DNA from: Bacteroidia bacterium
GTDB taxonomy: Bacteria; Bacteroidota; Bacteroidia; NS11-12g; UBA955
DNA: 64,000 nt
Assembly (NCBI GenBank): GCA_041690035.1
Contig: JBDNFC010000081.1
Location: forward strand, 3,586-67,585
Direction of reading: 5' to 3'
Shown here: positions 47,735 through 57,965 of the stretch, piece by piece
How positions within the stretch are numbered: the first letter of the stretch is position 1
Layout of the letters: the number at the start of each line of letters is the position of its first letter
The notes under the pieces: generated by a model
Seen by the model: only the letters and a program-made list of their open reading frames with translations
The model's database searches: none
Told to the model about the DNA's origin: nothing
Translations under genes and position numbers: made by a program

Positions 47735-48868
47735 ATGTCTTTAATTAAGATTTTAAGTTTCATTTCAATTATTTTATTTTCATGCACCCAAAAACCCGTA
47801 AAAAATAAAACAGTACCACCAACAATATTTTCGCCATACACTATAGACACAGTTTCAATGTCTAGTATCTTGAAATATAAAATTGATACTTTTTTTGAAC
47901 ATAGATTAAAAAAATCTAAGTTATCAGGACAATTTCTATTTGCGGAAAAAAACCACGTATATTTAAATAGTTTTGGCAAATCCAGAACTGAAACTAGCAA
48001 AGATATCCAGAATGATGATGTATTTCAAATTGCATCTGTTAGCAAATTTATCACGGCAATTTGTATTCTTAAACTTGTTGAACTAAAAAAATTAGTATTA
48101 ACAGATTCAGTAAAAAAATACTTGCCCCAATTTAATTATTCAAGCATTACAATTTATCAATTATTAACCCACACAAGCGGATTGCCTGAATATCATTATC
48201 TTTCTGATAGTGCTTGGGCAAATGATAGTAGTATTAAAACTATTGCAGATGCATTTGAACTGTTGAATATGAGGCACAAAGAAGCGTATTATGCTCCTGG
48301 TTCTAGATTTAATTATTGCAATAGTAATTATATGTTATTGGCTCATATTGCAGAGAAAATAACTTCGTGGTCTTTTGCAAAAATAGTTGATACCTTTATA
48401 GCAAAACCACTTGGCCTAAAGTATTTACATGTTTATCAACCTAACAAAAAAAAGCTATTAGACTATAACGTTTGTGGATTAAGGGGCAACCAAACTTATA
48501 TACCAGACGACTGCTTAAATCAGATTTCAGGCGATAAGAGTATATTCACAAATGTTTATGATTTGTTTTTAGTACAAAGAGCTTTAATAGACAAAAAGAT
48601 AATTAGTGCAAAATACTTAAAACTAATTTTAGCTCCACAAGTTCAATATAAATTTGTAAATCCGCAATTTTATAGCTTTGGATTGCGACAAGTAAGGTTA
48701 GAAAATGGCGAAAAATGGCATTTTCACAACGGTTGGTGGCATGGGTTTAGAACATATTTTTGGTTTAATATAGAAAAAGAAAAAACAGTAATATTATTTA
48801 CAAATAGACTAAAAGGTGGCTTTTTTAATACTCAAGAAATGATTGGATTATTAGAAAACAGTCATTAA
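47735..48868 (+). CDS. serine hydrolase, beta-lactamase/transpeptidase-like family (lipoprotein)
   Basis: Lipobox ILFSC. S-x-x-K active-site motif ASVSKF. Class-C-like fold. Confidence 0.7.
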   Translation: MSLIKILSFISIILFSCTQKPVKNKTVPPTIFSPYTIDTVSMSSILKYKIDTFFEHRLKKSKLSGQFLFAEKNHVYLNSFGKSRTETSKDIQNDDVFQIASVSKFITAICILKLVELKKLVLTDSVKKYLPQFNYSSITIYQLLTHTSGLPEYHYLSDSAWANDSSIKTIADAFELLNMRHKEAYYAPGSRFNYCNSNYMLLAHIAEKITSWSFAKIVDTFIAKPLGLKYLHVYQPNKKKLLDYNVCGLRGNQTYIPDDCLNQISGDKSIFTNVYDLFLVQRALIDKKIISAKYLKLILAPQVQYKFVNPQFYSFGLRQVRLENGEKWHFHNGWWHGFRTYFWFNIEKEKTVILFTNRLKGGFFNTQEMIGLLENSH

Positions 48869-48915
48869 AAAGCAAAACCTTAAAAATTTGGCATAATCAA
48901 TGTACTTTTGTAACC

Positions 48916-49422
48916 ATGAAAACAAATAGAGGATTTCAAATCATTAAAAAAGTATTTCTCTTTTCACTTTCAATATTGGTTCTATCATCTGGAAAGTGTA
49001 ATCAAAAATTACCGTCCGATTTAGTGATATTGGCTAGCAAAAAGACTGTGATGGGGGGAGTGTTTGGAAGCGGATTTTCTTATAATTATACTTTTATTTT
49101 TAATAAACTAATTTCAGATACACTAGAAATAGATTCAATTTTTATAAAAGTAGATGAAACAATTTGTTATAAAAAGCTTCATCAAAATGAGTTTATAAGA
49201 GTAATGAAAAACGAAGAAAATCTTTACCAAGTAGAAATTAGCTTTCAAGGTGGCGATAGAATGCAAGGTAATGGCGAAATTATACGTATAGAAATCCCCA
49301 CATATCCTATACCTGACAGCTTAAAAAACTATTCGTCACTAATCTATGGCAAATATAAATTTAAACCATTTGTTTATGGTATTGATAAAATAAGCAAGGG
49401 CGAAGATATTTTTGCTCCTTAA
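48916..49422 (+). CDS. hypothetical lipoprotein
   Basis: Signal peptide with Cys (LSSGKC). No family recognised. Confidence 0.45.
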   Translation: MKTNRGFQIIKKVFLFSLSILVLSSGKCNQKLPSDLVILASKKTVMGGVFGSGFSYNYTFIFNKLISDTLEIDSIFIKVDETICYKKLHQNEFIRVMKNEENLYQVEISFQGGDRMQGNGEIIRIEIPTYPIPDSLKNYSSLIYGKYKFKPFVYGIDKISKGEDIFAP

Positions 49423-49426
49423 ATAA

Positions 49427-51292
49427 TTATAAAAGAGCAAGCGCTCTTCTGGCATCTTCATAAAAGGGATTTAAGTTAATTGCTTTAATGAAATATTCCT
49501 TTGCAATGCCTCTTTTTTGTTGATTTAGGTAAATTTTTCCCAAGTAATAGTAGGCTTTTTCATATTTAGATTGCAAAATTAAGATTGCTTTAAATCGTTT
49601 TTCTGCCATTGTTATATCGCCTAATTTTAAAAAATTAATAGCCTCTGCCAAAATATAATCAGGCTGTTTTGGTAAAAGAATGTTGGCGTGGTGATACCAA
49701 AATTTTGCTAATAAAAAGTCCCCCATATTAAATGCTCCTTGCGCTAATCTATAGGCCATGAAATGCTGTTTTACTTTGGCAGAATCTTTGTCTTTGGCTA
49801 TCAGTAGCAGCCCTTTATAATCTTGAATATTATAAAGATAATGCACTGCGATAGGTGAAATTGTGGTAAGCGATATTGATTTACTGTATTGCTTTGCTTT
49901 TTCGATATAAAATGGATTATTGTCAAATTTTTCAGCATAAGTTAAATAAGCCAATAATCTTGTTTGGTCATCTTCTTTTCCTCCATTTATAGATTTTAAT
50001 TCAACTATTTTAGCCTTTGGTGCTATAGATGCGGCACCACCTAATGGTTTTCTTATATAGTGATCGTGTATTGATACATGAGGTATATCTTTAGTTCCAG
50101 ACAATGGCATATGGCATTGAACACAATTGTAATTTGCTGCTAGTAAATTTTGCTTATTTTCTGAACAAAGTCCATTTTTATTGACATTTGTATGACAACT
50201 ATTGCATGCAAGGTTAAAATTTTTTGTATTTGTTTCTCTAACACTAACATGAGGGTTATGGCAACTAATACAGGTAAAATCATTTTTTGAGTTATAGGCC
50301 AATAATGATTCCTTATTAGATTTAATAAAACATTGACTCATTTGAAAACGCTCTGCGTGAGAAGCCATAATAAAATCATGATTTTGATTGTCGTAGGTAG
50401 GCAAATAAACTTGCATCACCTCACTTAGTGCCATACCTGGCCTAAAATCACCGAAAGTTTTACCCTCTTTTAGCACCGCATTTCCTTGCAAATGGCACCT
50501 TTGACAAATATCAATTTGTAGTTTCCATGGCAATCTCTTAGGGTTTACTATGGTGTAATCTGTTTGGGTTTTTGTGTCTACAATAATTCCTTTCTTCTTC
50601 TCACCTACATGTATGCTACCAGGCCCATGGCAGCTTTCACAACCAATTCCTTTGGGAATTGAAAGGTATTTATGGGTGCTATTTTTATCAATATTTGGCA
50701 AACTATTATGGCAACTCATACATTCTAGTTCAATTTTTCTGCTAAACCTAACATTGTTGGTTTCATAGCCAGGTGGAAGCCCCCATTTTTTTTCCTGAAC
50801 ATACCAGGTAATAGGTGCTTGAAATACATAGCCATTATCTACCCAAAAATGTGAATTAGTATGGTGGCCACTTCCTATTATATAACTAATTTGTTCTGTT
50901 CGCTTATGCGATGTATCGCCATCATCGTTTAATTGCCATTCTTTTATGTATAATTTATTTTGTGTCCAAAAAGCTTTATAATACAACTTATTAATACTGT
51001 CAAATATAGGTAATTGATCAAAATCTGCCACAGACTTTGCCGGCAAAGCACTGTCAAAACTCATGCCCATGCCCGTATGCATAAATGTAGCATGATTATC
51101 TACATGGCAATCTGAACAAACTTCGCTGCCCAAATAATCGGCATTCCCATATACATTTAAAAAAGGTGAGCTTTTTACCTCCTGATTATTTTTTTTAGTA
51201 CAAGCAACTACAATGACCACAATTAGGATAAAAGTGATAATAATTAATTTGTGAACTTTATTATTTAACCATTTGGAAACTGAACTTTCCAA
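49427..51292 (-). CDS. multiheme c-type cytochrome (7 CxxCH) with C-terminal TPR domain, membrane-anchored/lipoprotein
   Basis: Seven CxxCH motifs (CSDCH, CMSCH, CESCH, CQRCH, CISCH, CNSCH, CVQCH). N-terminal hydrophobic anchor ending VVAC. Last about 150 aa are TPR repeats. Confidence 0.8.
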   Translation of the reverse strand: MESSVSKWLNNKVHKLIIITFILIVVIVVACTKKNNQEVKSSPFLNVYGNADYLGSEVCSDCHVDNHATFMHTGMGMSFDSALPAKSVADFDQLPIFDSINKLYYKAFWTQNKLYIKEWQLNDDGDTSHKRTEQISYIIGSGHHTNSHFWVDNGYVFQAPITWYVQEKKWGLPPGYETNNVRFSRKIELECMSCHNSLPNIDKNSTHKYLSIPKGIGCESCHGPGSIHVGEKKKGIIVDTKTQTDYTIVNPKRLPWKLQIDICQRCHLQGNAVLKEGKTFGDFRPGMALSEVMQVYLPTYDNQNHDFIMASHAERFQMSQCFIKSNKESLLAYNSKNDFTCISCHNPHVSVRETNTKNFNLACNSCHTNVNKNGLCSENKQNLLAANYNCVQCHMPLSGTKDIPHVSIHDHYIRKPLGGAASIAPKAKIVELKSINGGKEDDQTRLLAYLTYAEKFDNNPFYIEKAKQYSKSISLTTISPIAVHYLYNIQDYKGLLLIAKDKDSAKVKQHFMAYRLAQGAFNMGDFLLAKFWYHHANILLPKQPDYILAEAINFLKLGDITMAEKRFKAILILQSKYEKAYYYLGKIYLNQQKRGIAKEYFIKAINLNPFYEDARRALALL

Positions 51293-51573
51293 TCTAACAT
51301 CCCTCCTATTAAGTTTCTTACCCTAGAAAATCCTTGTGCTTGCATAAATAGTTTAGCATTGCCACTTCTGCCGCCAGATTTGCAGTGCAATATAATTTCT
51401 TGGTCTTTATAATCTTCCATTTCAATTAACTTGTTTGGCAATTCACCCAAAGGTACTAGCTGTGCACCAATATTAAACTCTTCATACTCCCACGGCTCTC
51501 TTACATCAATAATGGTTAATTGCTCACCATCATCCATTCTTTTTTTTAATTCAATTACTGTAATGTCAATCAT
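51265..51573 (-). CDS. single-domain rhodanese (sulfurtransferase)
   Basis: Active-site loop HCKSGGRSG. 102 aa. Overlaps both neighbours. Confidence 0.8.
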   Translation of the reverse strand: MIDITVIELKKRMDDGEQLTIIDVREPWEYEEFNIGAQLVPLGELPNKLIEMEDYKDQEIILHCKSGGRSGNAKLFMQAQGFSRVRNLIGGMLDWKVQFPNG

Positions 51574-53504
51574 TGTATAAGTATCTTTTTTATTATTTTA
51601 TGATTATTGGTATCTAATGTTATGCAAAAATATAACCCGGGTATTGGAATTAAAATCTCATGTTGTTTTTTAAACATGTCGCAAACTAAAATATTTTTGC
51701 CTAGCATATCTATTATCTGAAAATTAACGGGAATGTTAGATGTGATATTGATATAACTTCTGCTAGGATTTGGATAAATATTTACGCTTTCTAATTGATC
51801 AATAGTTCGAGCTTTGGTACTTTTAAAAATATATTTATCAATAAGCGGGCGCATCATTAATGCCCCTTTAAATACAGGGTTTAATTTTTGCCAAAAACCC
51901 AACAAATCGTAATAAATTTCTGGTTGATAATTATTAAAGTCATTATAATTTTCGTCCCAGCCAATATTAAGTATAAAGCTACTATTTTGCTGCCAGCCAA
52001 TGAAAAAATCCCCAGCAGGCAGAAATATTGCAGAATCTAATAAGAAGGTGCTAAACCCATGAATGGTATCTCTATAAGCTGGCACTGCATTAATTCTAGC
52101 TAATACAATATTCGATTTTCCGCTTGCATTATTTATTTCTTTCCAAAGTATAAGCTGAAATGGTCTAAAGGTGACGGCTTCTATGGCTTGGTTAAAAAAA
52201 ACATCAAATCCTCTAAAAGTATCTGCTTTGGCTAAGGTGTATTTTATTGCGACAAATCCAGGACCATTAGGCAATGATGCATAATCTAAGCCAAAACTTG
52301 CCTCTGCCGAACCGTCATCGTATGCATAATAATCATCAAATTTCTGCAATTGTGTAATCGAATTGTTGTTAAACAAAGAGTTATATGCACTTTGCTCTGT
52401 TACATCATTACCAGGTGAATTAATTGTGTAATTATTTCTAATAGAAGGTGTATCGCCTACTAGAGTATTCATTGCAAATGCCGAATAAGTAACTGTGCTA
52501 TCGCCATTTTGATTAATATTTAGGTTTCTAGAAGTAAACGGAACAAAATCTATTCTTGTATTAACATCGTTAAACGACTCTGATTGCACAGATGCAAAAA
52601 CAACTCCTGCCCTACTATTATTTCTAAAATACACTTTTCTTGAACTTGCAGTATACAAGCCGGGATTAATCTTAAAATGGCTATATGGCATGCATGAATA
52701 CTTGCTTAACAAACCTGTTGGCTTTCTTGTAAAAGATACATCTTGTATCAGTGTATCTTTAAAACCCCTAGCCGCAGCAAACTGAATATAATCTAGGTGA
52801 TAATGATTCATGTTTCCACTAGTTTTTACAAAATTAATAAACCTAAACCTAAATTTGCCATGCAAAAACCGTGGAGCTAAAATACCAATAAAAAATTGAC
52901 GAAACTGAGGCGCTTGATTCCCAGATAACCGCCAAACAGATTGCCAATTAAAATTATTGTCTAAAAATTGTAATACTATAGAATCTTGAGTTTCGGGAGC
53001 ATCGCCATATCCACCCGATTGTACAAAAAAACTAAGATAAATGCTATCGGACAATGAATAATTTATGCGATTCATACCCACTATTCGGTCTAGAAGGTTA
53101 ATGTTCTGGGATGAAAGTGTATCTGCTGCAACGCTAACAAATTTGCTTAAAGGTCCGTATGGTTGTCCTATTGCATTGATGTGATCAAAAGTGGCAACTC
53201 CTTGACTAATTACATTTTTTCCGTAATTGTTATTGATAAAAACTGTATTATCTGTCCAAAGGCGTTGGTCAGGATAAATATTGTTTAAAGGATAAGAAAA
53301 ATCATCGAAAAAAGGAAGACTTAAAGAATCGCTGCTCAATTGAGCTATTTGAAACAGTGATTTTCTTGCAAAGTTTTGATTAAAAAGTGCCGCGTTCTGA
53401 TTGGGCATATACAATCTAGGCCCTTGAGAAAATCCATAAAATATTTGGACAAAAAAGAAAAAAAATAGTAAATATCGTTTAATCATGTAGTTAATTATTT
53501 CCAA
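51570..53504 (-). CDS. T9SS-sorted secreted protein of unknown function
   Basis: Signal peptide, 560-aa uncharacterised body, C-terminal T9SS CTD (VNIYPNPSRSYINI...IIDMLGKNI...PGLYFC). Confidence 0.65.
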   Translation of the reverse strand: MEIINYMIKRYLLFFFFFVQIFYGFSQGPRLYMPNQNAALFNQNFARKSLFQIAQLSSDSLSLPFFDDFSYPLNNIYPDQRLWTDNTVFINNNYGKNVISQGVATFDHINAIGQPYGPLSKFVSVAADTLSSQNINLLDRIVGMNRINYSLSDSIYLSFFVQSGGYGDAPETQDSIVLQFLDNNFNWQSVWRLSGNQAPQFRQFFIGILAPRFLHGKFRFRFINFVKTSGNMNHYHLDYIQFAAARGFKDTLIQDVSFTRKPTGLLSKYSCMPYSHFKINPGLYTASSRKVYFRNNSRAGVVFASVQSESFNDVNTRIDFVPFTSRNLNINQNGDSTVTYSAFAMNTLVGDTPSIRNNYTINSPGNDVTEQSAYNSLFNNNSITQLQKFDDYYAYDDGSAEASFGLDYASLPNGPGFVAIKYTLAKADTFRGFDVFFNQAIEAVTFRPFQLILWKEINNASGKSNIVLARINAVPAYRDTIHGFSTFLLDSAIFLPAGDFFIGWQQNSSFILNIGWDENYNDFNNYQPEIYYDLLGFWQKLNPVFKGALMMRPLIDKYIFKSTKARTIDQLESVNIYPNPSRSYINITSNIPVNFQIIDMLGKNILVCDMFKKQHEILIPIPGLYFCITLDTNNHKIIKKILIQ

Positions 53505-54170
53505 TTAGTTATCAGTGTTTGCCGAAAAGGTATCTTTCTTATTTTTTTCAATTTTATTCTTAAGTTTATCATTCATTATACCATCTTTATATTGCCAACC
53601 TTCTATTTGCATGCTATCTACTCCATTTATATAAACGCTATCAATATCAATATATTTTGAGACCCATAAATCTATTTTTGCACCTTTTTCTATTAACTTA
53701 CCGCTTACAATTGTATCTCCTTTAAAAAACTGTTTCAAAACTACCCCCGTTCCAAGCAATGACGGTTTTTCTACGATATTACCCAGCATTAAACCAGCAT
53801 TTGTTAATAAAGCCTTTGCTAAGTTTATAGAGTTATCTTTTAATTTCGGCATTCTTACTTTTGGTTTTGCCAAAGAGTTGATGGTTAAGTAAATTTTACG
53901 CCCTTCTTTTACCTCTTGCCCTGGATCTGGATCTTGCTCCGTAATACTCATTTTTTTAAAATCTCCGGTATAAACAGAATCTTGAATGATGGGCTCCAAT
54001 CCTACATTCTCTAAAGTTTTTATTGCCTCTAAATAATTTAGTTTTTTAACATTTGGAATTTTTACTCTTGTGCCATGATTGGTATACCTCCTGATTGATT
54101 GTTCTAAAACAAACAATAAAAATACTGAAAGCAATATAGCTAAAAAGATATTTTTTATAAATTTCATCAA
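53505..54170 (-). CDS. PASTA-domain protein (two PASTA repeats, N-terminal TM)
   Basis: IPNVKKLNYLEAIKTLENVGLEP and MPKLKDNSINLAKALLTNAGL PASTA signatures. Confidence 0.7.
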   Translation of the reverse strand: MMKFIKNIFLAILLSVFLLFVLEQSIRRYTNHGTRVKIPNVKKLNYLEAIKTLENVGLEPIIQDSVYTGDFKKMSITEQDPDPGQEVKEGRKIYLTINSLAKPKVRMPKLKDNSINLAKALLTNAGLMLGNIVEKPSLLGTGVVLKQFFKGDTIVSGKLIEKGAKIDLWVSKYIDIDSVYINGVDSMQIEGWQYKDGIMNDKLKNKIEKNKKDTFSANTDN

Positions 54171-54309
54171 TCAATATTTTGTGCAAAGATACTATTTATG
54201 GTTATAATACTAATGGTAATTTTTTTCCTTAAATATAAAAGTAAACATCATTTATTGCACTAACTAAATGATGCGAAAAATATTTCTGAATTGCTAAAAA
54301 ACAAAAAAA

Positions 54310-54400
54310 GGCAAGTAAATATCGCACCGCTACAACCGCCTACCCTTGCTGTTTTCCAACCCTGGGGGAGTTTAGCAGGAGCTGGTCGTACCTACTTGCC
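54310..54400 (-). ncRNA. ffs: candidate signal recognition particle RNA (ffs / 4.5S-like small SRP RNA)
   Basis: 91-nt GC-rich island in an AT-rich 700-bp gap. Terminal 8-bp helix GGCAAGUA/UACUUGCC, U7 tail on the minus strand. Apical GGAA tetraloop within CCAGG-GUU-GGAA-AAC-AGCA-AGGG, which matches the SRP domain-IV consensus CAGG-UCC-GGAA-GGA-AGCA with compensatory changes in the three loop-closing pairs. Confidence 0.5.
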
Positions 54401-54866
54401 ACTGCAAAGATAATATAAATATGTGCTAACAATACAAAAATATTTTGTTTTTTAAAATCTTAAAGGGTTATAAATTTGTATTCCATCACGTTAGCAAAAA
54501 TATTCAATTTACTTTTATCACGAAATTTAACCATAAAAAATGTTTATAAGTTCTATTTACTTAGATAAAATGAAAAAATATTGTGTCAGAAGCCTCCTAC
54601 TTTATCAAAAAAAATTGCAAAAATTAGCTCTTATTTCAAAATAAATATAAGTCAAATACGCAAAACGCTCTTTGCAATGAATTAGATATCAATACTCAAT
54701 CTATGGTGTTCTGCTATCATATTTTTTTATAGAAATTATAAAGCATGTAATAGCAAATAAAATTGCACCAATTTTACTAATTTCTCTCTTAAAGTTAAAA
54801 ATAAATGCACAAGATACTTTCAAGATTTTAAAATCAAGTTGAATAAGGTAAAGTTCATTAATCAAG

Positions 54867-56024
54867 CTATACTTTCTTGCCACTCAATATTGAATTTGCT
54901 CTTTTGATTAAACCATGTCCAAATCTATTTTTCATGCGGTCTATTGCTTGGTAGAGGCCTATCATCTCTTGGGTATCGTCAAACATATTTATTTGGTAGT
55001 TTCCCTGCACCAAGTGGGTAAATTTAATTCCCACAAGCCTAATAAGCATGCGCCTGCTATATGTTTTCTTAAATAGTTCCATCATAATGGGTAATATAAC
55101 ATGGTCTGCATTGGTATAAGAAATTTGCTGCTGCAAAGTATGGGTATCAAAATTGGCATACCTAATTTTAATGCTTAGGCAAGCAGTAAGTTTTTGCTGC
55201 TGCCTAAGCTCAAAACAAAGTTTTTCTACCAGAGCCGCAATAACAGTATGAAGCATATACATATCTATGGTGTCTTGCTGAAAAGTGCGCTCTGCCGACA
55301 TTGATTTTTGTTCCCGATATGGTTTTACAGGACTATGATCTATTGCGTTTGCTTTTTGCCAAACCCCCACACCATTTTTTCCTAACACTTTTTCCATCAA
55401 TTGCAGGGGTATTTCTTGCACCGTTTGTATCTTTTCTATACCCAAGTTGCGCAGACTCTTGTATGTTTCGGCACCTACCATGGGTATTTTACGAATAGAT
55501 AATGGAGCCAAAAAAGGCTTTTCGGTTCCTTCCAAGATGTCTAACTGCCCTGCGGGTTTTGCTTGTCCTGTAGCAATTTTAGATACTGTTTTGTTGACAG
55601 ATAAACCCATAGAAATAGGCAATCCTGTTTCGCTAATAATTTGCTTGCGCAGTGCTGTGGCTATTTTAAAACATCCAAAAAACTTATCCATACCAGTCAT
55701 ATCTATATAAAACTCATCTATTGAAGATTTTTCATATAGGGGCACACTTTCTTTAATGATATCAGTAACCATGTGTGAATAATAGGTGTATTTATCAAAA
55801 TCGCCTCTTAAAAACACAGCGTCTGGGCATAGGCTGCGTGCCATACGCATAGGCATAGCAGAGTGCACGCCATACTTTCGAGCCTCATAACTACAAGAAG
55901 ATACTACACCCCTATCCCCCAATCCTCCAATAATTACTGGCTTGCCCACAATCTGTGGATGAACTAAACGCTCCACAGAAACAAAAAAAGAGTCTAGGTC
56001 CATGTGTAGAATAGATCGCTTCAT
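54867..56024 (-). CDS. dinB: DNA polymerase IV
   Basis: Y-family motifs MDLDSFFVSVE, SCSYEARKYGV, SIDEFYIDMT. 385 aa. Confidence 0.9.
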   Translation of the reverse strand: MKRSILHMDLDSFFVSVERLVHPQIVGKPVIIGGLGDRGVVSSCSYEARKYGVHSAMPMRMARSLCPDAVFLRGDFDKYTYYSHMVTDIIKESVPLYEKSSIDEFYIDMTGMDKFFGCFKIATALRKQIISETGLPISMGLSVNKTVSKIATGQAKPAGQLDILEGTEKPFLAPLSIRKIPMVGAETYKSLRNLGIEKIQTVQEIPLQLMEKVLGKNGVGVWQKANAIDHSPVKPYREQKSMSAERTFQQDTIDMYMLHTVIAALVEKLCFELRQQQKLTACLSIKIRYANFDTHTLQQQISYTNADHVILPIMMELFKKTYSRRMLIRLVGIKFTHLVQGNYQINMFDDTQEMIGLYQAIDRMKNRFGHGLIKRANSILSGKKV

Positions 56025-56139
56025 GATAATATTATTGTCAATATAATGACAACAAATATATCAAAAATAAATTTAATTCTAAGTTTAATTTATTTTTTAG
56101 GTAAAAAAAATAAGCCTATAAACAACTTAGGCAATACTT

Positions 56140-56856
56140 TTATGAAATGGTGAATTTATAACCCACACCACGCAAGCTTTTAAAAAAAACAGGATTATGA
56201 GGATCTTTTTCAAAATATTTTCTAAAAGCGAGTATAAAATTATCGATTGTTCTGGTAGATGGATAAACTGTATAACCCCAAACAGTTTGCAATATTTTTT
56301 CTCTACTAACAACATCTCCTTCATTCTCTATAAGCACTTTTAGCAACATTACTTCTTTTTTTGTGAGGCTAAATGTCCCATTTATTCCTCTCGCCTCATA
56401 GGTTTGAAAATTAATATAATTTTCACTCCATTGGTATTCATCATAATTGGCTTTTGCACTATTATTTTCAGAGCGGTTTACCGATTTATTAACTTTAATA
56501 ATAAGTTCTTCCAAATTAAATGGCTTTGATAAATAATCATCCCCACCTTTTTTTAACCCCACAATTCTATCTTCCGGAGTACCCTTTGCAGATACGAAAA
56601 TAATGGGCACTTGATTATTAACAAGCCTGATGGCCTCGCAAACCTCTATACCACTAACACCTGGCAACATGATATCAAGCACTACTGTATCAAATTTTTC
56701 TTCTTTAAACCGCTGTATAGCACTGATTCCATTGTATTCAGAAATTACTTTAAAGCCATCCATTTCTAAATTTAGTTTTACCAAATCATTTAAATCTTCT
56801 TCGTCTTCTACTAGCAGTATCCGTGCTTTAGGTTTATTTAGTGGTTTGTTATTCAT
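56140..56856 (-). CDS. OmpR-family response regulator
   Basis: Receiver domain (ILLVEDEEDL, D-box VVLDIMLPG) plus winged-helix C-terminus. Confidence 0.85.
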   Translation of the reverse strand: MNNKPLNKPKARILLVEDEEDLNDLVKLNLEMDGFKVISEYNGISAIQRFKEEKFDTVVLDIMLPGVSGIEVCEAIRLVNNQVPIIFVSAKGTPEDRIVGLKKGGDDYLSKPFNLEELIIKVNKSVNRSENNSAKANYDEYQWSENYINFQTYEARGINGTFSLTKKEVMLLKVLIENEGDVVSREKILQTVWGYTVYPSTRTIDNFILAFRKYFEKDPHNPVFFKSLRGVGYKFTIS

Positions 56857-56861
56857 TTTAT

Positions 56862-57965
56862 TTATTTTTTAAACGTGAGGATAAAGATGGAGCCTTTGGG
56901 TGTATTGTCCTTTATATAGATCTGTGCCTTGTTTAGTTTTAGTATTTGTTTTACCAAATATAGCCCAAGACCTGTTCCCTTAGTGATGCGGGTATCTTCA
57001 TTTCCAACCCTATAAAATTTTTCAAAAACCCGTTTTTTATCATTGCTGTTAATTCCCAATCCTTGATCTGAAATTTTTACATACTTTTTTCCTTGTTTTT
57101 CGGCACCAATAATATCTATTGTACTATTAACGGGGCTATATTTTAAGGCGTTATCTATCAAATTACTTAAGCAAATATCAAGTGTAAGACGATCGGCAGC
57201 CACAGAAAGGTTGTCTGGGATATTAATATTTATTTTAAAATTTGCTTTTAGAGAATTTGGAATCCTGCGAATAATATCCTCAACCAATTTTTTAAGGTTA
57301 TTTGATTCAATACTTTTTTTATATTGGCTACCCTCTATTCTAGTCAGCAATAACATTCTATCAATCAAGTCTGTGAGCCTATTGGCATTTTGATCAATTT
57401 TTAGGAGCAAATCTGTTTTTGTTGTTTTATCTAGTTTTTCATCATTGTGTGTCAATGTTTGTGCTACTAATTTTATTGCAGTTACTGGCGTTTTTAACTC
57501 ATGCGATACAGACAGTAAAAAATTATTTTGCTGTTTGCTTAAATTTAGAATTCTATTGATGCTAATAAATAACCACATTACCCCTATACCGATAATAACA
57601 AACATGGTTAATCCTTCCGCAATATACTTTATTTTCTCTTTTTTTAACCAAGCGTCATGCTTTCTTATTACAGCTTGACATACTTTAAAATCAGGTTTTC
57701 CATCACTATTGTATACCAAAACCAAATCTGGGCAATGTTTTATTGCATAATTTTTTAACGCTTCTTGTTTATAAACTGCAGCGGTATCTAAGTGCAAGGC
57801 TTTGTGCATTTTTTTGCAATGCTCCTTTGCTGCAAAATGCTCATTTTGCAGCCTTACACCATACAATTCTTTACTTAATTTGACGAGTGAATAAGTCCAC
57901 CAAATAAAAAAAGCGAATATATAGCATAAAACGAAAACGAGCCAAAATTTTATATTTTTTTGCAT
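56862..57965 (-). CDS. sensor histidine kinase
   Basis: Two TM segments, HisKA H-box SHELKTPV, HATPase_c (GTGLGLYLV). Confidence 0.85.
   Translation of the reverse strand: MQKNIKFWLVFVLCYIFAFFIWWTYSLVKLSKELYGVRLQNEHFAAKEHCKKMHKALHLDTAAVYKQEALKNYAIKHCPDLVLVYNSDGKPDFKVCQAVIRKHDAWLKKEKIKYIAEGLTMFVIIGIGVMWLFISINRILNLSKQQNNFLLSVSHELKTPVTAIKLVAQTLTHNDEKLDKTTKTDLLLKIDQNANRLTDLIDRMLLLTRIEGSQYKKSIESNNLKKLVEDIIRRIPNSLKANFKININIPDNLSVAADRLTLDICLSNLIDNALKYSPVNSTIDIIGAEKQGKKYVKISDQGLGINSNDKKRVFEKFYRVGNEDTRITKGTGLGLYLVKQILKLNKAQIYIKDNTPKGSIFILTFKK

Noticed and set aside
54310-54400. GC-rich island considered as tRNA or tmRNA fragment
   Set aside because: No cloverleaf, no T-loop GTTCGA or TTCGA motif, no tmRNA 3-prime tRNA-like end. 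The hairpin architecture fits SRP RNA better.
54701-54883. 60-aa minus-strand ORF in the dinB-downstream gap
   Set aside because: Overlaps the dinB stop. AT-rich chance ORF without motifs. Region more likely regulatory or ncRNA.
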